DNA of 63,994 bases, filler included, from Basidioascus undulatus (lineage: Eukaryota), in the NCBI GenBank assembly GCA_000826855.1. It is 3 parts of 3 records of this genome, joined end to end, with 100 filler letters (N's around TTAATTAATTAA, not from the genome) between each part and the next. Parts side by side here need not be neighbours in the genome. Positions count along the whole stretch, not along the records: positions 21,920 to 43,720 come from JTLS01000317.1; 2 more parts are not named here. One strand, given 5' to 3'. The position numbers were made by a program, and so were the translations under genes. The stretch's first letter is position 1. The number at the start of each line of letters is the position of its first letter. The notes under the pieces were generated by a model that saw nothing but the letters and a program-made list of their open reading frames with translations, ran no database searches and had not been told where the DNA came from. Shown here piece by piece: positions 22,717 to 41,029 of this stretch.

Positions 22717-25516
22717 ATGGTCTTGGCTCCAGCCCACGATGGTCGGTGCTCATTCGCTCTCCGCCTCATTCGCGACACTCTCTCACCTTCGTGCTCCCTC
22801 AGGTCCATCTCAGTCTTCCCTCCTCCTCCTCACCTGCCAGTCGATCGTCTCCGAACTATTGGCGGCCAGCCAGTCCGGGCGGCCGCTCAACCTGAACGAG
22901 GTGCGGCTGCGGTGCGCCAAGAAGAACAAGTACAAGGGCGTTCCTCGGCTGGTGGACATCATCCAAGCGATACCCGAGGAGCACAAGCGGACGTTGTTGC
23001 CTAGTCTGAAGGCGAGGCCGATCCGAACAGCGAGCGGGGTGAGTCATGGAACGTAGGGCGGAGGGATCGCGGAACCCATGGAAAGCGTTGACTGGTGCGG
23101 GATCAGATTGCGGTTGTGGCGCTCATGTGCAAGCCGCACCGATGCCCGCACATCGCTTTGACGGGAAACGTCTGCGTGTAAGCGGCGGCATTCTCCCGAC
23201 AACGACTAGGGCGCTCACGGGTGCTTCTTACAACAGCTACTGCCCTGGCGGACCAGACTCAGACTTCGAGTACTCCACGCAGGCAAGTCTCTTGCCTCGT
23301 TTCGGCCACCGCGTGTCCACTGATATCTCATCTTAGTCTTACACCGGCTACGAGGTACGCGCTTTCTGTCTCTCAGGGTCCAGCTCAGGCTGAGAGGAAT
23401 CGTTACAGCCTACCTCCATGCGCGCTATCCGTGCGCGGTACGACCCGTTCGAGCAGTCCCGTGGGCGCATAGAGCAGCTCAAGATGCTCGGACACAGCGT
23501 CGACAAGGTCCGCCTTTCGCCGCCGTCGATCCATATTGTTCGCTTGTTCGCTCAAGGCTGATGCAAATTTGATTCTCAAAGGTCGAATACATTATCATGG
23601 TATGGGATCTTCACGCACAAGCGTGTCCCTCGGTCCTCAGCTGACTTGGTCGGCAATCAGGGTGGCACGTTCATGTCGCAGCCCGAAGATTACCGGAACA
23701 AATTCGTCGCCCAAATGCACAATGCCCTCAGTGGATTTACAGGTACCGACGTCGACGAGGCTGTTGCGTGCGTAGCTGAGCGATGCGGCGAGCAAGAATG
23801 GGAGCTTATTGGCACGAGGCCCGCAGGTACTCCGAACGAAGCAAGACAAAGTGTGTTGGTATCACGATCGAGACTCGACCGGATTATGTACGTCTCGGTT
23901 CAATTCTCTTCTTGAGAAATCCGCTGATCCTTCGGCTTGAACCCACAGTGCCTCAAGCCCCACCTGAGGTGCGCTCGCAGTTAGGCTACTTGACCGAGAG
24001 TGATTTCTGACGCCTTCCTCCAGTCAAATGCTCCGTTATGGCTGCACTCGCCTTGAGATAGGCGTTCAATCGGTCTACGAGGATGTTGCGAGGGACACTA
24101 ACCGCGGGCATACGTGCGTCCTTGGAGTCATGGGTGAAGTACCAGCTAACACCAGCGCTCGCCGACAGTGTCCGCGCGGTGTCGGAGAGCTTTCATCTGG
24201 CCAAGGACGCTGGATACAAAGTCGTCGCTCGTGAGTCAACATCGCTGGCTGTACGCATGTTTGCGACTAAGCTCACGCAACCCGCAGATATGATGCCCGA
24301 CCTGCCGAACGTCGGTGTCGAGCGAGACATGGAGCAGTTCAAGGTTGGTCATAATCGCAGAGTCGCCGTTCGCTTAATCTGACACCAAATTTGATAGGAA
24401 TACTTCGAAAACCCAGCCTTCCGCAGCGACGGTCTCAAAATCTATCCGACGCTGGTCATTCGCGGTACTGGACTGGTAGATCCCTCGAACACTTTTTTTT
24501 TTTTGGCAAATCACCAACATATTCGCTGCGTACAGTACGAGCTATGGCGCACGGGCCGCTACAAGAACTATACGCCCAACGCACTGGTCGACATCGTCGC
24601 CCGCATCCTTGCGCTCGTTCCTCCATGGACTCGCGTTTACCGTGTGCAACGGTGCGCTTTTTGAACTCCGTTTCTTCGATACAACCGACGGCTGAATTCG
24701 CTCGAACAGTGATATCCCTATGCCGCTCGTATCGTCGGGCGTTGAGAACGGGAACCTGCGCGAGCTAGCCCTTGCACGCATGAAGGACTTTGGCGTCGAG
24801 TGTCGTGACGTTCGCTACCGCGAAGTTGGCGTATGCTTTGGATTCTTGCCTCCGTAACATCGAGACACTGATGGCGTGAACAGATCCACGAGATCCACCA
24901 CAAAGTCAGGCCTTCGGAGGTCGAGCTTATCCGCCGCGACTACACGGCGAACGGGGGATGGGAGACGTTCCTGTCGTACGAGGACCCCGAGCGGGACATC
25001 CTCGTCGGCCTGCTTCGACTGCGGAAATGCTCAAAGGAGGGTACCTTTCGCAAGGAGTTGGTGATGGAGGACGGTATGGGGGGCAAGCAGTGTGCTTCGA
25101 TGATTGTGCGTATTACGATTCATCCTTTCCTCAACTCGAACTTGATTTATGTTCGTGACGCTCAGCGGGAACTTCACGTTTATGGCACGGCGGTGCCTGT
25201 ACACGGCCGCGACCCGACCAAGTTCCAGCACCAGGTACGCAGCTAGCCTTCCTTCTTACAGCCACATGGGAAGCGCATGGCTGACATTCCGTCTGCAGGG
25301 TTTCGGCACACTCCTCATGGAGGAAGCTGAACGCATTGCGCGGGAAGAGCACGGCAGCAGCAAGATAGCGGTCATTTCCGGCAAGTCTGATGTGGAGTGC
25401 ACCGCTTTCTCGTGCGAGTCTGCTGACAGCTGATGTACGCAGGCGTCGGAACGAGGAGCTACTACCGACGACTGGGATACGAATTGGAGGGGCCTTACAT
25501 GGTCAAGATGCTGTGA
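22717..25516 (+). CDS. ELP3: Elongator complex catalytic subunit (radical SAM + GNAT)
   Basis: [115 protein letters not shown]. About 19 introns. Confidence 0.97.
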
Positions 25517-25910
25517 ATGGCTCGTTTAACGCTTCTGCCATGCACGATTACTTTATTACGCCCGTCATGGACATGGAAGAGACGACTGCATGCTGCTCGG
25601 GAAAGCTGGGCAACTGAGTGTCGCGTACACCACGGGGCCGTATTTGCAATGACAAACGACTATATGAGAACCGTCCGAAGGCCGCCGAACGCTGGTTCTC
25701 TAATCGAGAATCGCAGCCGAGCTCCATGCCCGTCTTGCGTTCCGTGTTCCAGTAGTCTCCCTATCGTCGGTTCAGAGGTACAATCGCGCTCACTTTGCAC
25801 TGTTGATGAAAGTCTCCCATAACGAAGGTGCTGAGGTACCTGCCCACGTTCTCACTGCTTGCAAAGGCACGCCATTCTGTCATATTTTCATTCATCGATC
25901 GCGATGCTAC

Positions 25911-28018
<2,108 letters not shown>

Positions 28019-28319
28019 GGTGGAGGAAAGTCAAGGCTGGCGGAAATATAAAGGTGCGGGTTTGTATTGTTTGTCTGGAGTGTGGCGGCAAGGAATAGGC
28101 GGTCGCAGGCGGTGAAAGTGGATGAAAGCGAGAACCAGGAGGCATTGGAACGCGAATGCGCATCACGGCAGTCGGCCCAAGGGCGTCATACGTTACGGTT
28201 CAAACGGTTGCACTCATCGCGCTGCCTGCACCGAGCTGCCGCGGTCTCCAATTTCAACTTGCGTCTCTTGTTTGTCTAGTACTTGTGGACATCTAGATTA
28301 GAATTATTAATACAGCCGG

Positions 28320-28900
28320 ACCCTGCGAGTCCAGCCTAGGGAGAGCTCAGCCTGAGGGAACCAGAAATGCTCGAAGTTCCGCTGTGGGCGTCGCAGTGGA
28401 CTGTCAATTTGGGGGTATAAAGTCTTCCTTAGATTCGATCTTGTCAAACAGCCCCATCAATGTTTAATAATAGCCAAAATTTGCAGGCCTGCGATATTAC
28501 TCAGTGAGCGCCTAGCGCAACATGCGTTGAAGATTCCTTAGGTTGCAAACTGCACTCGGCAATCCGGCTGCCACTTTGAGCGGTAATAGTCGTCTACATC
28601 AGACCTGATAAACATTAACCTGGAACTGTTTAGTACATCTGCTTTAAACATTGAGTACAATCAGCACCTGCAGGATGGCACGTCCCCCTAGCGAAAGCCT
28701 AGCGAACTCGAACTGCTGGCCTTCCAACCGGCTGCTGCTTTCAGGGTCTTTAGTTCTCAACTTCCTTCATTATGTGGTGGGTCATCGTAAAATTTTCAAA
28801 GCGTCCAGAACCTGCAGGATGGCAAGTTCCTCTAACAAAAGCCTAGGGAACCAGGCATGCTGGAAGTTTCCAGTGCAGGCGATCGACTGGGCTGCCGCGC
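28320..28900. repeat. Degenerate dispersed direct repeats in the AT-rich RPT1/VMA1 intergenic region
   Basis: acctgcaggatggca..c.cta.c.aaagcctag.gaac at ~28666 and ~28810; gcct(g)agggaaccag..atgct.gaagtt at ~28350 and ~28841. Confidence 0.6.
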
Positions 28901-29372
28901 CGAGAGTTATTAGTCCTCAGACTCCCTAATGTATTGGTTATAGAGTTAATTGCTAAAAATATTGTATAAGTGGGCTAGAGAAACAGTGCTAATTAATTTG
29001 ACGAGTCCGTAGTTTCACAGCCAGGCGGCAACGCAGCCCGCAGACTGTCCCTATGTCAGCAACACATGACTCGTAGATAAGTAAGGACAGCATGGGATCT
29101 TCTGGTCTGACGAAATCAGACCACACCTTGCTTTAACTCCGTGAACAGGAGACCTTTGCGCATTGTTTGCTGCTTCACGACAGCGGGTGTATCATAGGGA
29201 TACTGCCGGCCGCGCGCCCTTGCACGGTGCGCCTCTCGCCGTCATTACCGCACCCTTGCCTCGTCCATCAACCTCGTCCATTCGCCCCCACGCATCCGAT
29301 CCATCTCAGCATCCTTGATCGATATATTATCCTAATCTTCTCCAGCCTATAACCCACTGAAATCCTCTGATC

Positions 29373-32247
<2,875 letters not shown>

Positions 32248-32466
32248 ACTTCGACCACGCGTCATCGAGCTTGTCTTGCGCTTCTGTCCTGTTACGATTC
32301 TCTTCGCCACGATTCTGTACTCTTATTTCGCGCTCACTTAACCGTCCATCATACAACGTCGTCTTTCTCAACTTTTTGATCGCTGCATACACTGGCCGAT
32401 TTCGCTTGACTGCATTGCATGCGAAGGAGTGCTTTCAAACTCAATAAATGACACTACACAAGAAAG

Positions 32467-35400
32467 CTAGGAGAAGCGATGCCGGTCAACGGCAACGCGC
32501 GGCGTATATCGGGGGGTGGACTGTTGCGCGCTCTGTCCTGCACCGCGGGTGACAGCCCTGTACGCCCGATCGAGACTGCGAATCTCGCCGACGGAAGACG
32601 CGGACTGCGCCTGCAGGTAGTGAGACGTGTCGGGCCGCACCTGCGCGCTGTGTGCTGCATAGCCCGGCGCCGGATCCGCGAGCGGCGGCACGGCCTCCAT
32701 TGGCCCCCCGTCGGCGTGGAGCGTCCCGCTCGTCTTCTCGAGCGTCTGTTCGATCGTCAGGCTCTCGCCAGGGGGAATCGCGTTCGGGTGCGATGGCGTG
32801 ACGCAGGGCATGTCGACCTCCTTGCGGAAGATGTGGTCGACGTCGACGGCGGAGAAGAACGCGACGCTCTGCGGCAGGTCGTCCATGCCCAGCTTGAAGC
32901 TGAACAGCGAGCGCGTCCATACGTTCGCAACCTGCAGCGCGAGGGCAAGACGGTACCGGTCCTCATCTTTGACGAGGAAGCGGAGCTCGTCGTGGACCGA
33001 GATGAGGTAGCGCGCGTCGATCTTGTATTCGCGGATGAGATGCTCCATCGCGACAATCAGCAGGTGCAAGTAATCGACACCGCTCGACTGCACGACCCAG
33101 TTGACGCGGCTCGTCATGAAGTTGGAGCCGGACGCCCGCGATTTCGGAAGGTGCTTGATCGAGAGCGCGGCCGTGACGGAGCAGCCGAGAGCTGGCGTAC
33201 GCGGTGCATCGCTAGTCGCGACCTGCTCGAGCATGTTGAAGACGTACGACTCGCTCCCGCCCCACCAAAACTTGCGCCTGAACGGCCCGTTGATCGTGTT
33301 GCCCTTGGTCGCTGCGTAGAGATCCGCAGCGCGTTGGCGAGCGTCCATCTCCGTCATGGTCGGGTTGGACTGGAGCAGGAGCTGGACGGCGTGCTTCTGG
33401 CCGGCGCCGTAGATCCGCGAGTAGTTGAACACCTAGAGAATGGAATAATGAATGGGCGATGTGTCGATGGAGGCTATAACACGAACGCTCACCTTGGCTT
33501 GATCACGGGTAATGCCCAGGATGCGAGCCGACACCGAGTGCAAATCCGTCCCAGCCGCCTTGGTGCCCTCGAGCGTCATCCAGCCGACGGCCGTCGCGCC
33601 GTGAAGCCCGAACTGCGCATCACCCATCACGCTGCAGATCCAGAGCTCCTCGGAGTCGACATCCGCGCCGACGAACGAGTAGCCCGGCGGTGCGCGAACC
33701 ATCGCCTTGAGCTCGGAGCCGACGCGGTTCTTCTTCGCATTCGAGGCGGTAAGCCACGTTCTCTCGATCGCGCGACGCGTCACGGTGCCCATCGTGATGA
33801 CCTGGGGAAGGATCATGCCAAACTTCTTCTCGTCGGCGGCCTTTGCGCCGCGCCCAAAGCCCATGTCGAGCTCGTTCTCGCGATCCCAAATGACCATCTG
33901 CTTCAGGACGCGCTCGCGCGCCGAGATCCAGTAGCTGCACTGGGCGTTGAGGTCGATCGCCTGGCGGGCGCCCTCGTACTCGCTCGTGAGCGTGCCGTTC
34001 TCGAAGGCCTTGATAAAGCTCTTCGCCAGCGGGTTGCCGACGTTGTGCTCCTCGCCGTCCTTGTGCGGGATCTTGAAGAAGACGAAGTCGCCGCTGGTCG
34101 CCATCTCCAGCAGGCGCTCGTCCGCGCTGTGCGCGAAAGTGAGCTCCTTCTGCCGCGTGACAAGGGCGGCCGTCTCGATGTCGGTCCGGGGGACTCGGAA
34201 TGTCCAACCATGCGCGCGAGAGTGGAAGATCGGGTAGCCCTGCCACCGCAGCTTGAGCAGCAGCGGCGACACGCGCGAACGCGGCGTAACGTCCACCCGG
34301 CCAGCGACGCGCTTCTTGCGCGAGTCGAGGTCCCAGTACCACTTCGGCCACCAGGCGAACGACGTGGAGGACGTGGCATCGGGGGAGTCGGTGGAGGAGG
34401 CCGGGAGGGAAGGGTCCGAGGCCGAAGAGGAGGCGGGAGAAGGTGGGGGGGATGCGGTATCGATGGCGGGAGGTGTAGAAGAGCATTCAGGCGCGCCGGT
34501 CGTCGGCGCGGGCTGCGGCGTGGGTGCGCTGTGCGGGTCGTGGCCGGCTTCGAGAAGAAGTTGTTGGCGTATACCCGTGCCGGCGACTGGGACAGGCGAC
34601 CAGTCGAGCATCTCCCTCCAAGCGTCGCCCATGCCCTTCCCCTCGCCCATCCTCCATCGGCCGGCCAGATCCCGCACGAGCTCGACAGCGCCCGCGCCGC
34701 CCCCTATATAAACGAGGAGGGCATTCGCGCCCTCGGCGGACGTGAGAACACCCTTGCGGACGAGAGGACGATGCACCGCCTGCAGTGGCTGCGCGAGCGT
34801 GGCGCTTTGCTTCGCTTTCGGTAGCTCGAAGAACGCGTGCGTCTTCATCTGAGGCGCGCGGCGGTCCGAGGGCGAGAGCGCGACTTCGGACGTCCCCTCG
34901 GGCAAGGGCGAGGCCGAGCGAGGGGCACGGCCGACCCAGCCTAACGAATCGGATCGCACGACTGGATTGCCGTGATACGAGAGACGGAGGAGGGCGGGAA
35001 GGATCTCACGCTTGGCGCGCTGCGATAGGAGGCCTTGCTTGTGAGTGTGCAGATCCGAGTACCAGCGCGGTACGGTCGTGGGGATGCGCGGGTCGTCGCC
35101 TGACGTGGACTGCCGGCGAGGTGAAGGAGTCGTGGGAAGAGAGGAGGAGGAAGGACGGGTGGCGGGGGTGGAGGGTGAAGCGTCGGGCGGCGGAGGGAGT
35201 GTGGACATAGGACGTTTCTCGCCGCGAGGGACGCGAGGCTTCTTCGGCGTCCAGTCGAGCTGCTCCAGCCAAGGATCGCCCTTCCAGCTGCCGTCCATGA
35301 GCATGCTCTTCGCCTCCTTGGCCAGCTTCGCCAGCTGGTCGAGCACGGTGTCCTCGAGCTCGCGGTACTTGCCCTCCGCATCGCAGAGGTAGCGCTCCCA

Positions 35401-37127
35401 GCTCTCGTCGACGGGGAGGAACGCGTTGCCCATTCCGAGCATGCCGGCGAAGCTCACAGGGTGCGGACACCTGTCGAGGAACGCCGGCAGCGTCTTCCGG
35501 TAGACGCTGTGCGTCGCGGCGACGTCGTTCGCGCAGTACGCGAGGAGCTGCGGCAAGAGCGGCGCAAGTGTCTCTGGGTCAGAAGACGGCTGCATGAAAA
35601 CGTCGCGTGTTTCCTTCTGCATCGGCGGCTCGTCCGGACAGTAGAGCGCGTGGACGTTTGCCAGCGAGTTGGAGCTTGTGACGTCCTGCCACGCCCGCTC
35701 GGCAACCTCATCGTCGAGGTCGGGCGCCTGGGCGATAGCGAGCTCCTCGGCCTCGTACCGCTCAAGCGATGCTCGAACCTCGGGGTCGTCCTCCAACTCG
35801 AGCATGGCGCGGACCGTCGCGCTCGCTTCTGCCGCGAGCTCGAGGCGGCGGGCCTTCTCGCGCTTGTGCAGCTGCCACGCAGGCCGCTGCGGAGACGAGA
35901 TGCCGCGCACGGCGACGTGTAGCGCCATGGTGTCGAGGAATCGATTCGGCGTACGCTCGAGCGAGTATTCGGGCTGTAGCCGAGCGCGGTCGTAACCGAC
36001 GTTGTGACCGACGACGATGCGAGGCGAAGCGGAAGGGAGAGGAATGAGGTGCGCGGGGGAGGGTGAGAGTCGGAGGAGGTAGGGCGAGAGCCAGGAGTAC
36101 CAAGCGCGGGGCGAGGCAGCGACAGCCATGATGGCGTAAGGAGAGATATGCGGCAGGGTCTCGACGTCGAACGTAATCATGTCCTCGTCCGCAGGACCGC
36201 CTTCGACGGCCTCCCAGCTGCCGTCCGCGTCATACCGCGTCCACCCAGGCTGATCGGTCACCCAATACTCGGGCATGGGGGGAAGTTCGGCGTCTGCGAA
36301 GCGCTTCGCGATGTTGAGGTACGGCTGCGAGAACTCCGCGCCGATCCGCCAGAAGTGGTGGTCTACGTCGGGGCCTTGGAGCGGCGGAAGGGTGAAGGTC
36401 GTCTCGGGAAGCGTCGAACCAGCGAGAGAGCCGAGGTCATGCTTCGTGAGGTGCTCGATGGCGATATTGGTGGCGGCTTCGGAAGGAGGTTCGAGATCGT
36501 AGGGGAAGATTTGCTTGCGGAGAGAGGGTGTGAGGAGCTGCACGCCTACGGGATTTCGACTCGGTACTGCAAGGGGAGAAAGGGACTCAGTGTCTGTGCG
36601 CAATATAGAATTGAAACATGCGCACATGACGCTGATGCTCGGCCATTTGGTTTACTATCGAGACGCGCAGAAGAGGTCGAGTCTGAAGAAACGTTGAGGA
36701 CTGAATTAGTTTGGAACAAGCCCGACAACGCAGCAATCTCACAATATCGGGACAGAGAGGGACGAGTTTGTCTACTTCCGATGCTGGACCGGTGTACTGG
36801 ACCTACAGAGTCCGCGTCAACAACAGCGGGGCAGCAGGAAGACACAGGTGAGCTCACCGGGCGGCGACATCGAGGACGACTGCCGTTCTTTCCGAAGTGG
36901 ATCTTCGCCTGATGTTCCTGCAAGACACCCTCTCCATAAGTTTGGTTGAAAGGTCCGATATGCCGAGCCAACTCACGCCCGCGGTCGATCGAAAGAGAAC
37001 GCCGAGTGCAAACTTGAGTGCCTCGTAGGCTTGCGACGGATCGCGAAAGCGGAGGACTTCCGGGGGAAAGTTGAAGCGAATGCGACGGTACGCTCGACAG
37101 TCTCCGCCATCTTGGTCGAGTTAGCAT
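32467..37127 (-). CDS. MIP1: Mitochondrial DNA polymerase gamma
   Basis: Exo motifs FDVET, VGHNVGYDRAR, YCANDV; Pol motifs VGADVDSEELWI, RDQAKV|FNYSRIYGAG, ISVHDELRFLV. R/S-rich presequence MLTRPRWRRLSS... at 37127; 5' exons approximate. Confidence 0.95.
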
Positions 37128-37377
37128 CGAGAATATAAGCCACTTGGGCTGAAGGTGAGCGAGCAAGCGCTGCGAGGGCGGAAGATTGAAAAAAGCTGGC
37201 GACAGACAGCGGGCGCGCTTAAGAGTGCCGCGCGTCATGATGCCGGATCAAGCCGACGCGTGTGTAACTCGCAGTCTCGCTTAGCTCGCAGTCCGTTTCC
37301 CTCAACGATCACCATCTCCCATCGCATTCTCCTTGATTCTACTTTGCAAAATCTCTTGATTGTACAAAACGCACAGG

Positions 37378-38339
37378 ATGCGCTTCAAGCCGGCCGACAT
37401 CGAGGAGGGTCTCGTCGCTGGGCCCGCCTCGCACTCCGGACGGCCGCTCCTCACGCGCACGCGCATCCTCATCGCCCTCGCCTCCCTCCTCTTCCTCGGT
37501 CTCTTCGCCCACCAGTCCACCCTCCCGCGCGACGCTGCTACCCAAGTACCCGTACCGCAGGGCGCCGCACTCGCCCAGCCGCACCGCAAGCTGCCGCCTC
37601 AGGAAGCATGGGAGGCCGAGGCAGCCGCCCAGGCCAAGCTCAAGACGCACCCGAACTGGCTGCCGAGCCGCGACGACCAGCTGCTCGTCTTTTCGTACTT
37701 TGCGCTCGAAGAGTCCGGCGCTTTCCTCCCCGACACATTCTACCTCGAGGATGAAACGGGCATCTCGGCCGACCGCCTTGGGCTCGCGCGCTCAAAGGGC
37801 GCGACGGACGAGGAGCGCACAAAGTGGATCGTTGAGGAGATGAAGCGCCGGGGGGAGCTCGTCGTCTTTTCAAAGAAGTTTTGCCCGTGAGTTTTTCGTC
37901 GAACAGATGCATGGGTAGGAGTGTTGCTGAGCCCCATGATACCGCAGCTTCTCCCGCGGCGCAAAGGAGCTTCTGAATCGGATGGACGTCAGTCCCAAGC
38001 CGCGGATCATCGAGGTCGATCAACGACGTGCGTGTTCCTTGGCTACTTCAAACCACATTGCTCTGACATGTGAGCGGCTCCTCCAGCCGATGGAGACGTG
38101 ATCAAGACCGTTCTGCGCCATCTCACAGCGCGCAGTACATTCCCCAACGTGGTGCTCCCGAGGTCAGCCCTTTCACGTTCCTGACGCTCGCAACCCCAAG
38201 GCTCACACTTTCCCCACTTCCCAGTGGTCGTTCGCTCGGCGGATTCGACGACATTCGGGAGCTGCACCACGCCGGAAAGCTTGCTTCCCAACTGAACTTC
38301 CACGGTATGAAGGTCAACGTCCCCGATGCCGACGCATAG
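37378..38339 (+). CDS. Membrane-anchored monothiol glutaredoxin (Grx6/Grx7-like)
   Basis: N-terminal TM segment RILIALASLLFLGLF; VVFSKKFCP|FS active site (CPFS after splicing), IIEVDQR, STFPNV, LGGFDDI. Confidence 0.85.
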
Positions 38340-38607
38340 CGATCCGATCGTCGTCTTCTCGGAGCTTGTGGTTGGGAAGAGCGCATTGCTATGCGGTGTA
38401 TACTGTTGTATTAATTGTACTTTGCCCATGAGCAGACGTATCGCGTTTTGGAGCATTCAGCGCATCCCCTCATCGCATTCTCGTCTCACGTGTATTATCA
38501 TCGATCCTGAAGCGGCGGGTGCGTTCACGGCGCATACCAATATATCAAGTAATAGATAATGAAAATGCATGGTTCTATACAAGCCGGTCGCCCATGCCTC
38601 CTGGCGA

Positions 38608-40401
38608 TCAAGCCTCAGTAGAATCGCCGAACGTCCACCTGAAGCAGTCTGTGGGGCCACCCATTTCAGCCGTAGCGCACAAGGCTTGATTCCCCCAAAC
38701 CAGAACTCACCAATGCAATCTTCTTCCGTCTCTGGCTTGGGCACGTACACATGCCCCTCGCCGTCATCCCAGTCTTCGCTGAGAAGCTTGTCGATGACGA
38801 CTCCAATACGATGGGTTCTTAGATCCGAAGACCACCCGAGGCGGGAGATGGTGTCGTAGATGACTGCATCTCCGTGTCCCTATCAGCGGTCCCCTCTGGT
38901 GACCTTGGGCAAACTCGACACAAGGACGCACCGCTGCGCCCGACGTGGCACCGGCTCTCCATCGCGAACCCGGCCACGGCGCAGGGACTTCCAGCGCCGT
39001 TGCACGAGCCCATCGCGATCGGATCTGCGGTGTGGTAGACGTGCGTGACGGGCGAGAGCTCCGGGGGCGGGGAGGGGAGGTGCAGACGCTGCGCGGGGAG
39101 GCGCTCGCCCGGGGCTTCGTACGCTACTACGGGCGCGCCGAACGCTGAACCGGACGACGAACATGAGTACGGAACATGCTGCGAGAAAGAAGGAAGGAGA
39201 CGCACTCAGCCCGAGCAGAGACGCCAAGGCACCGCCGAGCGAGTGGCCGACGAGCCAGATGTTGGCGTTGGGGTACATTGCGGTAACTGCAGTTTACATG
39301 GCTCAGTAAACGGCAGATACTTCGCGATGTTCCGGGAACGCACCATTGTTATACAAGTTCTACAAATCCTGCACTGGTCAGCAAGACCCAACCATCGGGA
39401 AAGCGAGACAGGACACACCGTGCCTATAGGGTAGTACACGCTCTCCTCCTCAATCGCCTCTTCCAAGCAGCTCTCCTCACAGTTCCATCCGCCCGAGTAG
39501 CACCCGCACACGGGCGTCCACGTCCAGTCCACGCGTGCGCAACAACATGAGAACAGGAGGTTGTCCTGGTCGCCAGCCCAAATGCGTTCCGTGAGTTGCG
39601 GAGCCTCTCTGTCAGCTGAGATATTACGCATGCGCACATTCATCTTGTCGTTCTTTGCTGAAGGACCGCCGAGGCCGAGGAGTCCGGCAGAGGTGCCTTT
39701 GATGGAGATAACGACGGTACTGTCAGCCGCCGGCAGGGTCAGCACGTCCTGCGGAAGCCAGCGACTAGCCTCACGCACGAGTTATCAGGCGTAGCAAAGA
39801 TATGTCCCCTCAGCCCGTCGGCATGCGGATCCCATCCGAACGGAACAGTCTTCGTATCCCATTCGTCAACCATCAGCTCCGCAAGCCTCTTTGTCGTCTG
39901 CAGGAGATGCTCACCTCGTTGCCCCACTTTCCACCGATCCAGACCCAGTCGGAACTGTCTGTGCAGGCACCACCCGTCAGGTCTTGTCTCCCCTAGCTCT
40001 ACTGCGGAATTCTCACCTGGCGTGGTATACGCATCGCTCGTCATACGTGCGAGCTCGAGGAGCGTCTCGCGATCTCCCACATCCGGCACATCCACCTCGA
40101 CGTTGTCCCATTCCCACTCGCGGCGGCGGGCGGTCGCGCTCGTGCCCAGCCGCGGGCGTGGCCGCCGCACCGTCTTCCGTGTCGTGCGGATGGTGTGTCC
40201 CGATGCGGAGATCTCGGGCGGCGAGGGTGAGGAGTGGAGGAGGATCGGCGCGTGCCGGACCGATTGTGGGGCGGCGTGGGCGTGGCGGAGGTGGAACTTC
40301 TTGGGCTGGGGCGGGAGCGCGAAGGGCTTCTGCTGCAGCTGGGAAGGCAGAGAGAGAACCGAGGCTGGGAGAAGGAGGAGAATGGGAAGGAGCAGATGCA
40401 T
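38608..40401 (-). CDS. ATG15: Autophagy-related lipase
   Basis: Signal/anchor MHLLLPILLLL, DRETLLELARMT, GLRGHIF, VVISIKGTS, DNLLFSCCCARV, lipase box IWLVGHSLGG, YHTADPIAMGSC. Confidence 0.93.
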
Positions 40402-41029
40402 CGTAGATGGTTGGTGGCGCTTGAGGGTCAACCGATAGCACAGGGAAGGCGAGATAACGCCTCGCGCCGGGAAACTTCACGTGATGATCAGCATGAGGCG
40501 AAGTGAAACAGACAGCGTAGCCCTTCAGATGATATGTTCGATCAAAGAGTATATAACATTGGATAAATAGCGATGACTCTGCCGGGACTCTCATAACCAA
40601 GCTGAGAATGCAATCCGAACTACGCTTCGTCCCGAAGATCTTGCAGAGCTGTGTCACCTGTAAACAACGGCTGCGATTCGTGCTAAATGACAAGAAGGGG
40701 ATGTTGACTATCACAGGCATGATTCCATAGTGGCCTTGAGCAGCGGAGTAAGCCGTGTCGTTCTAATTGTAGAGTCGTGGAGACTCTGCATGCCGGATCC
40801 GCAGCTACGCCCTACACTGTCAGTCAATGGTGAAGTTGCTGCAGTTAAACGAGCTTCAACGTAAGCACGGTCATCCCGAGACGAAACATTGTCGGGCCGC
40901 ATTCTCCACTACTATAACTGCCAGACTATTCAATGTAAATCAGCTATATCTTTCCGTGCAGAAGCCCGAGCTCAATTTGGTGGTCTCCCTTCCATTGAAC
41001 GTCAATGTCGGCCGCGAACCTTTCCTCAA

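Noticed and set aside
28320..28900. CRISPR-like array
   Set aside because: The repeats are few, degenerate and irregularly spaced, the context is eukaryotic, and there are no cas genes.
32479..34824. 781-aa plus-strand ORF
   Set aside because: Antisense shadow of GC3-rich MIP1 exons, with no motifs of its own.
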